Shown: positions 26,468 through 38,541 of the stretch, one piece after another | How the letters are laid out: every line of letters starts with the position of its first letter | Numbering within the stretch: position 1 is the first letter of the stretch | Assembly: GCF_964194025.1 (NCBI RefSeq) | Contig: NC_134468.1 | Coordinates: 32,440,354 to 32,490,000, forward strand | Direction of reading: 5' to 3' | Length of the DNA: 49,647 nt | Source of the DNA: Convolutriloba macropyga | Taxonomy: Eukaryota | Position numbers and translations under genes: made by a program | The notes under the pieces: generated by a model | The model's database searches: none | What the model was told of the DNA's origin: nothing | Seen by the model: only the letters and a program-made list of their open reading frames with translations

Positions 26468-29400
26468 CATTTTGGTTTCATTTAGCTTTTGTTAGGGTGC
26501 TTTTCCGAGGAGTGTTATTGGCTCGTTCAAATTTTCAGCACCTTGATGGGAACATTCATTTCTAATTGAGTAAATCCTGTGCTCTAGGGATAAAACTGTA
26601 ATCGTTTGTCATATTTAAGTGAAGGCAACCGCTCGACCTGTTATTTTCTAATGCAAGTATAGAGGCTGGTGTTATGCTTAAGTGATGATGGAGTCTTCGA
26701 GCATTGCTGTTTTGAACTTTAGGTATTGGGAAAAAGTAATCGAAAGAGGTAATTCCTTGACCACGACTGAAGTAGTCTAGTGATGTACAAACCGGCAGGC
26801 CGACTACTGCCAAGGATGACCACTCAAGTAATTTATTCTCAAGGAATCATGAATTTCTTAGGAGTGTTTGTGTTTTCAGTTTCATGTGTGATTACTTTTG
26901 ATTTCAAAGATGAAATCATAAGTGCCAATTAATGTAGCACTTATGATCTCATCATTGCTATGCCTTTTAATCAATCCTGCCAGTCTTCAACCAAAACATG
27001 AAGAGCTGAAGGTTTTCCATTCTGATTTCTTCTGTTTTCCATTCTGTTGATATTACCAGTTGACATCAATTCATATGTAATTTTTCGTTACCTATTCTTA
27101 ATTTTTACTTCTAGGGTTGTGAGTTATTTGCTTGTAGACTTATTCGTGATAGTTCCGCAATTTTGATAAATAATTAACAAAATGCGTTTGCCCCAGCTGT
27201 TATTGAGTTTTATTAGGATTTTTCTATTGCAGAGGTTTGAATCGTCGAAGCTTTTCCAGAAGAACTCTCAGTAGAGCCCTGAAATGGATTTCTTGTTTAA
27301 TTCACATTCTAGTTTAGCTGTCTTTTTGGTGATATTTAGGATGTATGCGCTTCGGTAGAAAATTTTTTCATTGGTTTTGTTCAGACGTGTTTCAGGAAGG
27401 TGGATCTGATTGAGGCCTTGTTGACAAGTGCAGCTTCCCGTTTTTCATTGGGTTCTCCCATCAGTGGAAACGTCGTACTTGGAATGGTCCAGATCTAATA
27501 GCTTTAGCACATCCTGCATTTCCTTGCAGTGAGAAGGGCAGAATATTTAGGTAAATGAGTCTTGTTTTGTAGTTCTTGGATGAGCCCAAAACCTATTTGG
27601 GCGCAATTTTTTGTACGGTTTCAAGCTGTCTCAGGCCTTGTCGATTTGGGTGAGTAGGCTGTGATCCAACTGTTGAACTGCAGGTCGCTTCTGTCGGAAT
27701 TAAAATAGTCTTTTGCTTTGTGAAGTTTGCTGCTGTGAAAAGTTGGGAAAAAAAGTCGAAGATCAGTTTCTCAAGTGCTTTCGAGCTGTTGCATGAAAAA
27801 CTGCTTGGTCGGTGACAGCTCGCATTAGAATGTCATCAGTGTTAATGATAGGGTCTGGTTAGCTCATTTTTTGTTTTCTGGGAACTTTGTTTAGATGTTC
27901 GTTGGAGAACGTTGCCAAAAGTTTGCTGATTCAATTCGTCGCATTTTTAGAAGGGAATTATCTATACAATCAGGCTCTACGACTTTTTCTTTTTTGAGAA
28001 TAAGCTGGATGTTTTTCTCTGCTGTTGGGTTATATAAATTCAAATAATTTTCCCTATAATTTTTTCAACGTTGAATAGGTCAATGCGCCCCTCAGATTTG
28101 AATACACTTTTTCACTAGTGATGTATTTTACCCTGCAAGTCTCGAGTTGTCTTTATATTGACCAGATATTTGTCAATTTGATGCAATTACCTGATACAAA
28201 AAAGCATGGCCATTTGTTTACCTTTTTTCAAGGCTACCAATTTAGTTGAACAGCGTTTTTTTTCCAATTTATATAATCTCAAATGCGATCTTGAACTGCT
28301 GATACAGCTTTAAAGTACGGTGCGGTGCTTGGTCATTCCTGGGACCAGTTTTTCCAAGATTATGTTAACATTTCGAGACTGCGACATTAACCGTACTGTA
28401 GCAGTATTGATTGAGAACATCAAGTTTTTTCGGTTTCTGTTTTCATTAACAGTTTTCTAAAAGACTTCCTGAGTAATTTTCTGGAAAGTGTGCGTTTCTT
28501 TTGAGGTCATTGACGTCAACGCTGTGATATTAGTTTTTTCCTAAATTTTATTGTTTGTTGACAAGGTCTTCTTTGACAATTGGATGAATTTCAGATTTAC
28601 ACGATGATCTGCTTTCTTTTGGTGCATTGGATGAACAAACAAAAACCTTTGTGTGGTGACCATAGACAGTACAAAGCCCGCATGTTTTAAAAAAGCAACT
28701 TTAAACACTCTTTTTGTATCAAGTAGAACTCTGAACGTTGATTTCATGTTGCGCTTCTAGCATTTCAATGGTGATCAAAAGCTTTGATTGTTTTTTCGAG
28801 TGATTTTTTAGGTCCCTGATATCTCCTTGGCTCTGAGGTAGATGGAGTGGATACTTTTGACCTGGAGTGGCTGTATAATCATCTTGTACAATCTTTCTCA
28901 TTCGCACTATAAGGGAGGGTCTCTTTAACTGGAGTTTTTAACTGGAGTGGCGCAAAACGCTGCTGGGTTTGCGTACGACTTGGTTTTTTTGAATTCGTTT
29001 CATTCTGGTTTCATTTTCGTCTCATTTTGCTTTTGTAAGGGTGCTTTTCCGAGGAGTGTTTATTGGCTCATTCAAATTTTCGCACCCTGATGGGAATATT
29101 CGTTTCTAATTGAGTAAATCCTGTGCTCTAGGGATAAAACTATGATGGTTTGTCACATTTAAGTGAAGGCAACCACCCGACGTGTTATTTTCTAATGCAA
29201 CTATAAAGGCTGCTGTCATTCTCAAGTGATGATGGATTGTTCAAGCATTGCTGTTTTGAACTTTAGGTGTTGTGAAAAGGTAACCGAAAGCGGTATCCCC
29301 TTGACCACGACTGAATTAGTCTAGTGATGTACAAACCGGCAATCAGATTACTACCAAGGATGACCACTCAAGTAATTTATGCTAAAGGGATCGCAATTTT

Positions 29401-32400
29401 TTGAGGAGTGTTTGTTTTTTTCAGTTTCATGTGTAACTAATGTAGCACTTACGATTTCAGCTTTGGTTTCAACTTATCATTTTTACTTCTAGGTTTATAA
29501 GTTATTTGCTTGTACACTTTTTGTTTGCCCCAGCTGATGTTGAGTTTTATTAGGATCGGTCTACACATGTTTGTTATGTCCAGTTGCAGAGGATTGACTC
29601 GTTGAAGCTTTTCCGAAAGGACTCTGTGGAGACCTGAAGTGGATTTCTTGTTAATTTCGCACTCTAGTTAAGCTGTCTTTTTGGTGATGATGTTTAAGAT
29701 GTATAGGCTTCGGTAAAAATATTCATTGGTTTTGTTGAGACGTGTTCAGGAAGGTTGATCTGATTGAGGCCTGATTGACGAGTGCAGCGTCACCTCTTTA
29801 ATTAGGTTCTCCCATCATTGGAAACTTTGTAATTGGAAAGCTTAGATCTAATACCATTAACACCTCGTGCATTTTTTGTACAGTGAGAAGGGCAGAGTAT
29901 TTAGGTAAATGAGTCCTGTTTTGTGGTTGTTAGATGAGAACGAAACCCATTTGGTTGTAATTTTCTGTACTCTTTCAAGCTGTCTCTGGCCTGGTGGATT
30001 TGGGTGAGTAGGCTGTGATCTAACTGTTGAACTGGAGGTTGCTTGTCGAAATTCAAATGGTCTTTTTTAGTTTGCTGCTGTGAAAAGTTGAAAAAAACGC
30101 CGAAGATAATTTTCTCATGTGCTTTCGAGCTGTTGCATGAAAAACTGCTTGGTCGGTGACAGCTCGCATTAGAATGTCATCAGTGTTAATGATAGGGTCT
30201 GGTTAGCTCATTTTTTGTTTTCTGGGAACTTTGTTTAGATGTTCGTTGGAGAACGTTGCCAAAAGTTTGCTGATTCAATTCGTCGCTTTTTTAGAAGGGA
30301 ATTATCGATAATCAGGCTCTATGAATTTTTCTTCTTTGAGAATAAGATGGATGTTTTTTTCTGCTGTTGGGTTATATAAATTGAAATATTTTTCCCTATA
30401 ATTTTTTCAACGGTGAATAGGTCAATGCGCCCCTCAGATTTGAATACACTGTTTTCACTAGTGATGTATTTTACCGTGCAAGTCTCGAGTTGTCTTTATA
30501 TTGACAAGATATCTGTCGAGACTGCGACATTAACCATACGAGACTGCGACATTAACCGTACTATAGCAGCATTGATTGAGAACATCAAGTTTTTTCGGTT
30601 TCTGTTTTCATTAACAGTTTTCTAAAAGACTTCCTGAGTAATTTTCTGGAAAGTGTGCGTTTCTTTTGAGGTCATTGACGTCAACGCTGTGATATTAGTT
30701 TTTTCCTAAATTTTATTGTTTGTTGACAAGGTCTTCTTTGACAATTGGATGAATTTCAGATTTACACGATAATCTGCTTTCTTTTGTGCATTGGATGAAC
30801 AAACAAAAACCTTTTTGTGGTGACCATAGACAGTACAAAGCCCGCATGTTTTAAAAAAGCAACTTTAAACACTCTTTTTGTATCAAGTAGAACTCTTAAC
30901 GTTGATTTCATGTTGCGATTCTAGCTTTTCAATGGTGATCAAAAGCTTTGATTGTTTTTTCACGAGTGGTTTTTTATGTCCCTGATATCTCCTTGGCTCT
31001 GAGGTAGATGGCGTGGATACTTTTGAACTGGAGTGGCTGTATAATCATCTTGTACAATCTTTCTCATTCGCACTATAAGGGAGGGTCTCTTTAACTGGAG
31101 TTTTTACCTGGAGTGGCGCACGCAAATCGCTGCTGGGTTTGCGTACGACTTGGTTTTTTTGAGTTCCTTTCATTCTGGTTTCATTTTCATCTCATTTTGC
31201 TTTTGTTAGGGTGCTTTTCCGAGGAGTGTTTATTGGGTCATTCAAATTTTTGCACCTTGATGGGAATATTCATTTCTATTTGAGTAAATCCTGTGCTCCA
31301 GGATCGTTTGTCACATTTAAGTGAAGGCAACCACCCGACGTGTTATTTTCTAATGCAACTATACAGGCTGCTGTCATGCTCAAGCGATGATGGATTGTTC
31401 GAGCTTTGCTGTTATGAACTTTAGGTGTTGTGAAAAGGTAACCAAAAGCGGTATTTCGTTGACCACGACTATAGTAGTCTAGTGATGTACAAACCGGCAG
31501 TCAGATTACTACCAAGGATGACCACTCAAGTAATTTATGCTAATGAGATCGCAATTTTTTGAGGAGTTTTTGTGTTTTCAGTTTCATGTGTAACTAATGT
31601 AGCAATTACGATTTCAGCTTTGTTTTCATTTTATCATTTTTACTTCTAGGTTTTTAAGTTATTTGCTTGTACAGTTTTTGTTTGCCCCAGCTGATATTGA
31701 GTTTTATTAGGATCGGTCTAAACATGTTTTCTTTTGTCCATTTGCAGAGGATTGAATCGTTGAAGTTTTTCCGAAAGGACTCTGTAGAGACCTGAAGTGG
31801 ATTTCTTGTTAATTTCGCATTCTAGTTAAGCTGTCTTTTTGGTGATGATGTTTAGGATTTATGGGCTTCGGTAAAATTTTTCTTTGGTTTTGTTGAGACG
31901 TGTTTCAGGAAGGTTGATCTGATTGAGGCCTGATTGTCGAGTGCAGCGTCCCGACTTTAATTAAGTTCTCCCATCATTGGAAACTTTGTAATTGGAAAAT
32001 TTAGATCTAATACCATTAACACCTCATGCATTTTGTACAGTGAGAAGGGCAGAATATTTAGGTAAATGAGTCCTGTTTTGTGGTTTTTGGATGAGACCGA
32101 AACCCATTTGGTTGTAATTTTCTGTACTGTTTCAAGCTGTCTCTGGCCTGGTGGATATGGGTGAGTAGGCTGTGATCTAACTGTTGAACTGGAGGTTGCC
32201 TCTGTCGAAATTCAAATTGTCTTTTGTTTTGTTAAGTTTGCTGCTGTGAAAAATTGAAAAAACGCCGAAGATCATTTTCTCAAGTGCTTTCGAGCTGTTG
32301 CATGATAAAGTGGCTGGTCGGTCGGCAGCTGACATTAAAATGTCATCAGTGTTAATGATAGGGTCTTGTTAGCTCATTTTTTGTTCTCTGGGAACTTTGT

Positions 32401-34564
32401 TTAGAAGTTCGTTGGAGAACGTTGTCAAAAGTTTGCTGATTGAATTCGTCGCATTTTTAGAAGGGAATTATCTATACAATCAGGTTCTACGACTTTGTCT
32501 TCTTTGAGAATAAGATTGATGTTTTTCTCTGCTGTTGGGTTATATAAATTGAAATAATTTTCCCCATAATTTTTTCAACGTTGAATAGGTCAATGCGCCC
32601 CTCAGATTTGAATACACTTTTTCACTAGTGATGTAATTTACGCTGCAAGTCTCGAGTTGTCTTTATATTGACCAGATATTTGTCAATTTGATGCAATTAC
32701 CTTATACAAAAAAGCATGGCCCTTTGTTTACCTTTTTTCAAGGCTACTAATTTAGTTGAACAGCTTTTTTTTCCAATTTATATAATCTCAAATGCAATCT
32801 TGAACTGCTGACACATCGTTAATGCACGGTGCGGTGCTTGGTCATTCCTGGGACCAGTTTTTCCACAATTATGTTAACATTCGAGACTGCGAAAACCGTA
32901 CTGTAGCAGTATTGACTGAGAACATCAAGTTGTCTTTTTTCGGTTTCTGATTCCATTAACAGTTTTCTAAAAGACTTCTTGAGTATTTTTCTGGAAAGTG
33001 TGCTTTTCTTTTGAGTTCATTGACGTCAACGCTGTTATATTAGTGTAATCCTAAATTTTATTGTTTGCTGACAAGGCCTTCTTCGACAATTGGATGAATT
33101 TCAGATTTCCGCGATAACCTGCTTTCTTTTGGTGCATTGGATGAACACACAAAAACTTTTTTGTGGTGACCATGGACAGTACAAAGCCCGCATGTTTAAA
33201 CAAAGCAACTTTAATCACTCTTTTTGATCGCAAGTAGAACTCTGAACGTTGATTTTATGTTGCGCTTCCAGCATTTCAATGGTGATCAAAAGCTTTGATT
33301 GTTTTTTTCACGAGTGATTTTTTATGCCCCTGATATCTCCTTGGCTCTGAGGTAGATGGCGTGGATACCATTGACCTGGAGTGGCTGTATAATCATCTTG
33401 TACAATATTTCTCATTCGCACTATAAGGGAGGATCTCTTTAACTGGAGTTTTTAACTGGGGTGGAACAAATCGCTGCTGGGTTTGCGCACGACTTGGTTT
33501 TTTTAGTTTGTTTCATTCTGGTTTGATTTTCATCTCATTTTGCTTTTGTTAGGGTGCTTTTCCGAGGAGTTTATTGGGTCATTCAAATTTTCGCACCCTG
33601 ATGGGAATATTCGTTTCTAATTGAGTAAATCCTGTGCTCTAGGGATAAAACTATGATCGTTTGTCACATTTAAGTGAAGGCAACCACCCGACGTGTTATT
33701 TTCTAATGCAACTATACAGGCTGCTGTCATGCTCAAGTGATGATGGATTGTTCGAGCATTGCTGTTTTGAACTTTAGGATTTTTGAAAAGGTAAACGAAA
33801 GCTGTATCTCCTTGACCACGACTGAAGTAGTCTAGTGATGTACAAACCGGCAGTCAGATTACTACCAAGGATGACCACTCAAGTAATTTATGCTTAAGGG
33901 ATCGCAATTTTTTTAGGAGTGTTTGTGTTTTCAGTTTCATGTGTAACTAATGTAGCACTTACGATTTCAGCTTTGGAGTTTTATTAGGATCGGTCTACAC
34001 ATGTTTCCTTTTGTAAAGTTGCAGAGGATGGACTGGTTGAAGCTTTTCCGAAAGGACTCTGTAGAGACCTGAAGTGGATTTCTTGTTAATTTCGCACTCT
34101 AGTTAAGCTGCTTTTTGGTGATGTTTAGGATGTATGGGCTTCGGTAAAAATTTTCATTGGTTTTGTTGAGACGTGTTCAGGAAGGTTGATCTAATTGAGG
34201 CCTGATTGACGAGTGCAGCGTCCCCTCTTTAATTAGGTTCTCCCATCATTGGAAACTTTGGAATTGGAAAGTTTAGATCTAATACCATTAACACATCGTG
34301 CATTTCTTTGTACAGTGAGAAGGGCAGAATATTTAGGTAAATGAGTCTTGTTTTGTGGTTGTTAGATGAGACCGAAACCCATTTGGTCGTAATTTTCTGT
34401 ACTCTATCAAGCTGTCTCTGGCCTGGTGGATTTGGGTGAGTAGGCTGTGATCTAACTATTGAACTGGAGGTCGCTTCTGTTGAAATTAAAATTGTCTTTT
34501 GTTTTAAGTTTGCTGCTGTGAAATGTTGAAAAAAACGCCGAAGATCAGTTTATCATGTGCTTAG

Positions 34565-34698
34565 TGGGCGTATATTATTTGCACCCACCAGACACACGTG
34601 CCAGATTTTACATAGTCATTTACTATGTAAGGGCACGTTCTCTGTAACTGGGGGAGGTGGCGCATAACGTACTGAGGGGGCACAAACGGGAAAGATCC
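34565..34698. mobile_element. Same MITE family, left end deleted
   Basis: TATTATTTGCACCCACCAGAC...GGGGGCACAAACGGGAAAGATCC; host unit sequence resumes at 34699 and adjacent host DNA is missing. Confidence 0.8.
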
Positions 34699-36094
34699 GA
34701 ACTTTGTTTAGAAGTTCGTTGAAGAACGTTACCAAAAGTTTGCTGATTCAATTCGTCGCTTTTTTAGAAAAGAATTATCTATACAATCAGGCTTCACGAC
34801 TTTGTCTTCTGTGAGAATAAGCTGTATGTTTTTCTCTGCTGTTGGTTTAATTAAGTTGAATTAATTTTCCCTCTAATTTCTTCAACGGAGAATATATCAA
34901 ACCGCCCTTCAGATTTAAATACACATTTTGAACAGTGATGTATTTTAGCCTGGAAGTCTTGAGTTGTCTTTATAGTGAGAAGATATTTGTGAATGTCATG
35001 CAAGTACCTGATAAAAAAGCATGGGCCTTTGTTTCACCTTTTTTCAGGGCTAGCTACCACTTTAGTTTAACAGCGTTTTTTTCCCATTTATATAATCTCA
35101 TGGAATGCAATGGTGAACTGCTAACACATCGTTAAAGCACAATGCGGTGCTTGGTCGTTCCTGGGACCAGTTTTTCCAGAATTTTGTTAATATTTCGTTT
35201 GTTGACAATTTTGTTAACATAAGCTCTTTCTTTTCGGTTTGTTTTGATTAATTTTTTTTCTAAAAGGCTGCTTGGCAAATTTTCTGGAAAGTGTGCTTTT
35301 CTTTTGAGGTCATTGAAGTCAACGCTGTTTTACTAGTGTAATCTTAATTTTCCTGACAAGGACTTCTTTGACAATTGGTAGAATTGCAGATTTCCACGAT
35401 AATCTGCTTTCTTTTCGTGCATTGGATGAACACACAAAAACCTTTTTGTGGTGACCATGGACAGTACAAAGCCCGCATGTTTAAACAAAGCAGCTTTAAA
35501 CACTCTTATTGATCGCAAGTAGAACTCTGAACGTTGATTTTATGTTGCGCTTCCAGCATTTCAATGGTGATCAAAAGCTTTGATTGTTTTTTCACGAGTG
35601 ATTTATGTCCCTGATATCTTCTTGGCTCTGAGGTAGATGGCTTAGATACTCTTGAATGGGAGTGGCTGTATAATCATCTTGTACAATCTTTCTCATTCGC
35701 ACTATAAGGAAGGGGCTTTTTAACTGGAGTTTTTACCTGGATTGGCACAAATCACTGCTGAGAACCTTGATGAGAACATTCATTTCTATGTGAGTAAATA
35801 CTTTTTTTGGAGTGAAAGTGTAATCGTTTGTCGCATTTTAGAGAAGGCATCCACCCGACCTGTCATTTATAGAGGCTGCTGTCATGTTCAAGTGATGACG
35901 CAGTGTTCGATCATTGCTATTTTGAACTTTAGATATTGGGAAAAATGTAAGCGAAAGCGGTATCTCTTGGACCTCGACTGAAGTAGTCTAGTGATTTACA
36001 AACCGGCAGGCTGGTTAATGCCAAAGATGTCAACTCAAGTAATTTATGCTCAAGGGATCATGAATTTCTTTAGTAAGTATTGATGTTTTGATTT

Positions 36095-36580
36095 TCAACA
36101 ACGTAGAAATTGGTCACTACTGATCTGATTATTTTCAGCCTCCAGTTGGAGTTGTTTTCGGACGATCAAAGTTTTCTCTTTTTTTTTTTGCTTTTGGTTG
36201 GTTCTTCTATTTTTTATATGTCTTTTAATGATAAAGAGTGTTTTGATTTTGGAAGCATGATCCTGATGTAGGGATTGGCCAATTCCAGATCGTTTTTCTT
36301 CGTGCCCGATAACTGCTGGTTGCTTTTGCTTTGTGTTTTGAAGGTATCTGGAGCTCTGTAACGTCTGCATTAAATAATTTCTCGGACCTAGAAAGGAGTT
36401 TGAGAGGCTTTGTTTTTCCAGTTTTCCCTTTTTCTGTGATTTCCTTAAAAAGTTTACCTGGCACTAAACTGTCTTCGGATATTTTGAGTGTTTCTTGATC
36501 AGATGTAATCCAGAAATAACGGTTAGGAGATATCTTTGGAAAGGCCTCTTCGAAGATTGTTCACTTAATGAGACAGAGAA
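36095..36580 (-). pseudogene. Coding-like remnant upstream of the outermost array unit (possible LINE ORF1)
   Basis: Lys-rich ORFs 36225-36464 and 36095-36370 run directly into array-unit sequence. Confidence 0.3.
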
Positions 36581-36774
36581 CTAGAACACCAGGTAAGGGC
36601 CAACAGGGCTGCCTGATTTTTACATAACCTGAAGATATTTTCCTTGAAGTTGCTGTGTTCCTTTGTCTCAAGTTATAATTACTTTTGTTGCAATAATAAA
36701 AGCATTTTTTTTAAAACTCAAAGGGGATACTTTGAGAACAATTCTACAGGTTGTGTTTTTAAAGATATATTAAT

Positions 36775-37038
36775 ATGGATTTGGATCATATAGCATATAC
36801 GAACTCTGCAAACGAGGTAGATGACTTAGATAACATTGCGCCTACTATATCGCATCTACGATATGAAACAGAAGTTTCATGCTCTATTCAATCAGCGCTA
36901 GCCCTAAACTTGGAAACCCAACATGAGAAAACTTCCGACGAAGATTCCTGGAAGAATAGTGATGTTGTTTGCCAAGTTATTGAAGAAGTTATTTGCTCTT
37001 CAGAGGATGTTTTCCCTGCGCAATTTTCATCGGCAAAT
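36775..37038 (+). CDS. C2H2 zinc-finger gene, probable first coding exon (acidic N-terminus)
   Basis: ATG 36775, 88 codons, donor AAT|GTAAGT in phase 0, matching the next exon; possible upstream acceptor TTCTACAG ending 36749. Confidence 0.6.
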
Positions 37039-37545
37039 GTAAGTAGATATTGTTCCAACTTTTTTCAAAAAATGGGGAATGCAAAGCACGCTTTTTTCTT
37101 CGGTCAAGTTTTCACTTTTGTTAATGCATCCCAGAGAAAGAGACGCCTTTTGTATTTGCTTGCATGTAGTTTTGATTAGAATAATAAATTTTTGATCATC
37201 CTACTGTTTCAAGAAAGGGGAACACTATAAAAATTTTAAGTAAAGGAAAAGAAAATAATTACCGCGAACAGTAGATTGGGGATGGGGGCAATTTTCAATT
37301 GCTGATGCTTCATTCTACACTAAGTTGCAGAGCAAAAAATGTTGACTGTTTTTTAAACGGTTTTCTTTGTTGCTTTATCTTAAGCATGTAATTAACTTAT
37401 GTATGAAAATACTTTTTCATAACTAAACAATACATAATTCAACATTTAGTCTTTCTTGAAAAATAAAAGAAAGCACCACAATGTTTTGAATACAAAAAAA
37501 ATTAAAACAGAATAAAAAAAATAGATTTTTCAACTCATTCTTTTT

Positions 37546-38465
37546 AATTGCTCTCAAGCGAAGTTTGTAGCAACTTTATTAGCCCTGTGGTCTTTTTCAA
37601 TGCGATTTTTTGTCTGACCCATTTGACTTTCCATCCTCAAAAACGGTATAAACAGGTAGCGCCCAGAGGGCATTAAGTTCCCTTAGAGACTTTCAGCTCA
37701 CTAGTCTCCAAGGCTGCGATTCACAGGAACTGTTTTGGAGACGTATACTCAAGGTTTGAATGGCGGTTCTTAGAGAATGACCCCCTACCACTTAAACACT
37801 CTCCTACGTCAGCCGCACACCATTTCACCACCCCCCCGCACCATCAATCCTCCCGGTGCACCCCCTCACCACTACGTTCATCTCACGCTCCTTCAGTTGA
37901 GCAAACGCTAGCCTAGGTAAATCGTAGCTAGCTACTAACGAAGCCGGCCGGTCGTTTGAGTACAATTCTCCCGACTTTAATCGGTTATGTTTAATTTGAA
38001 TTTAAGACCAACCAAAAATAACAGTTTTGTAAATAATTTGTTTTTAAGACAGAAAAAATTTAACTAAGCACAGTATTTCTACATAAACCGCCATTGAAAA
38101 AATTCTCTTATTTTTTCCCGGCGGACATTAAGTGTCCGAGCAGCTCTCTAAGAGCCTTACGCTTCTCCAGTCTCGAAGTATGCAACTCGCCGAAACTGTT
38201 TTGAGGAGACAATTTTGTTGTAAAGGGCGCTTCTTAATCCTAAAAGTTTGACCACCTCATTCACCAGCCCACACGAGCACCCGCCCAATCCCCTGTCCAA
38301 CCACATTCTTCTAGCGATTTACCCTCGTCCAGCTCTCCCAACCCTAGTCCCCCATCGCTTGACCACCCCCTAATGCTAGCATCCCTAAGCCCCAGCTGGT
38401 TACTGTCAAAGCCAACAGCTCGCAGGTTGTTGAGAGCAATTCGCCCGACATAAGTCGGTTATGTT
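37546..38465 (+). mobile_element. Helentron/DINE-1-like non-autonomous element (family 1) with two 3' ends
   Basis: TTTTT|AATTGCTCTCAA 5' end; perfect inverse TTGAGAGCAATT 38430-38441, hairpin CCGAC-ATAA-GTCGG, then TTATGTT; a second similar end at 37955-37991; no TSD. Confidence 0.75.
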
Positions 38466-38541
38466 CCTATATTCTGGCGATTTGTTTCCTTGGTTTGACC
38501 TCTGCATGAATTTCTTTTAGAATTATGGCGTTTATCTGCTT

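Larger units (their letters stand above)
26227..36095 (-). repeat. Tandem array (~4.3 units of 2.2-2.7 kb) derived from an internally deleted LINE ORF2
   Basis: Anchor CAAA(A/T)C(G/A)CTGCTG at 26237, 28953, 31123, 33467 and ~35748. Each unit carries PDCIDNSLLK (pre-RT) and RQLETVQKIA..VLGSSKNYKTRLIYLNILPF (ORF2 C-terminus) remnants, but no RT catalytic core. Confidence 0.85.

Noticed and set aside
26227-36095. CRISPR-like or multi-gene cluster interpretation of the array
   Set aside because: Units are kb-sized, homologous throughout and full of stops; no unique spacers or conserved intact ORF.
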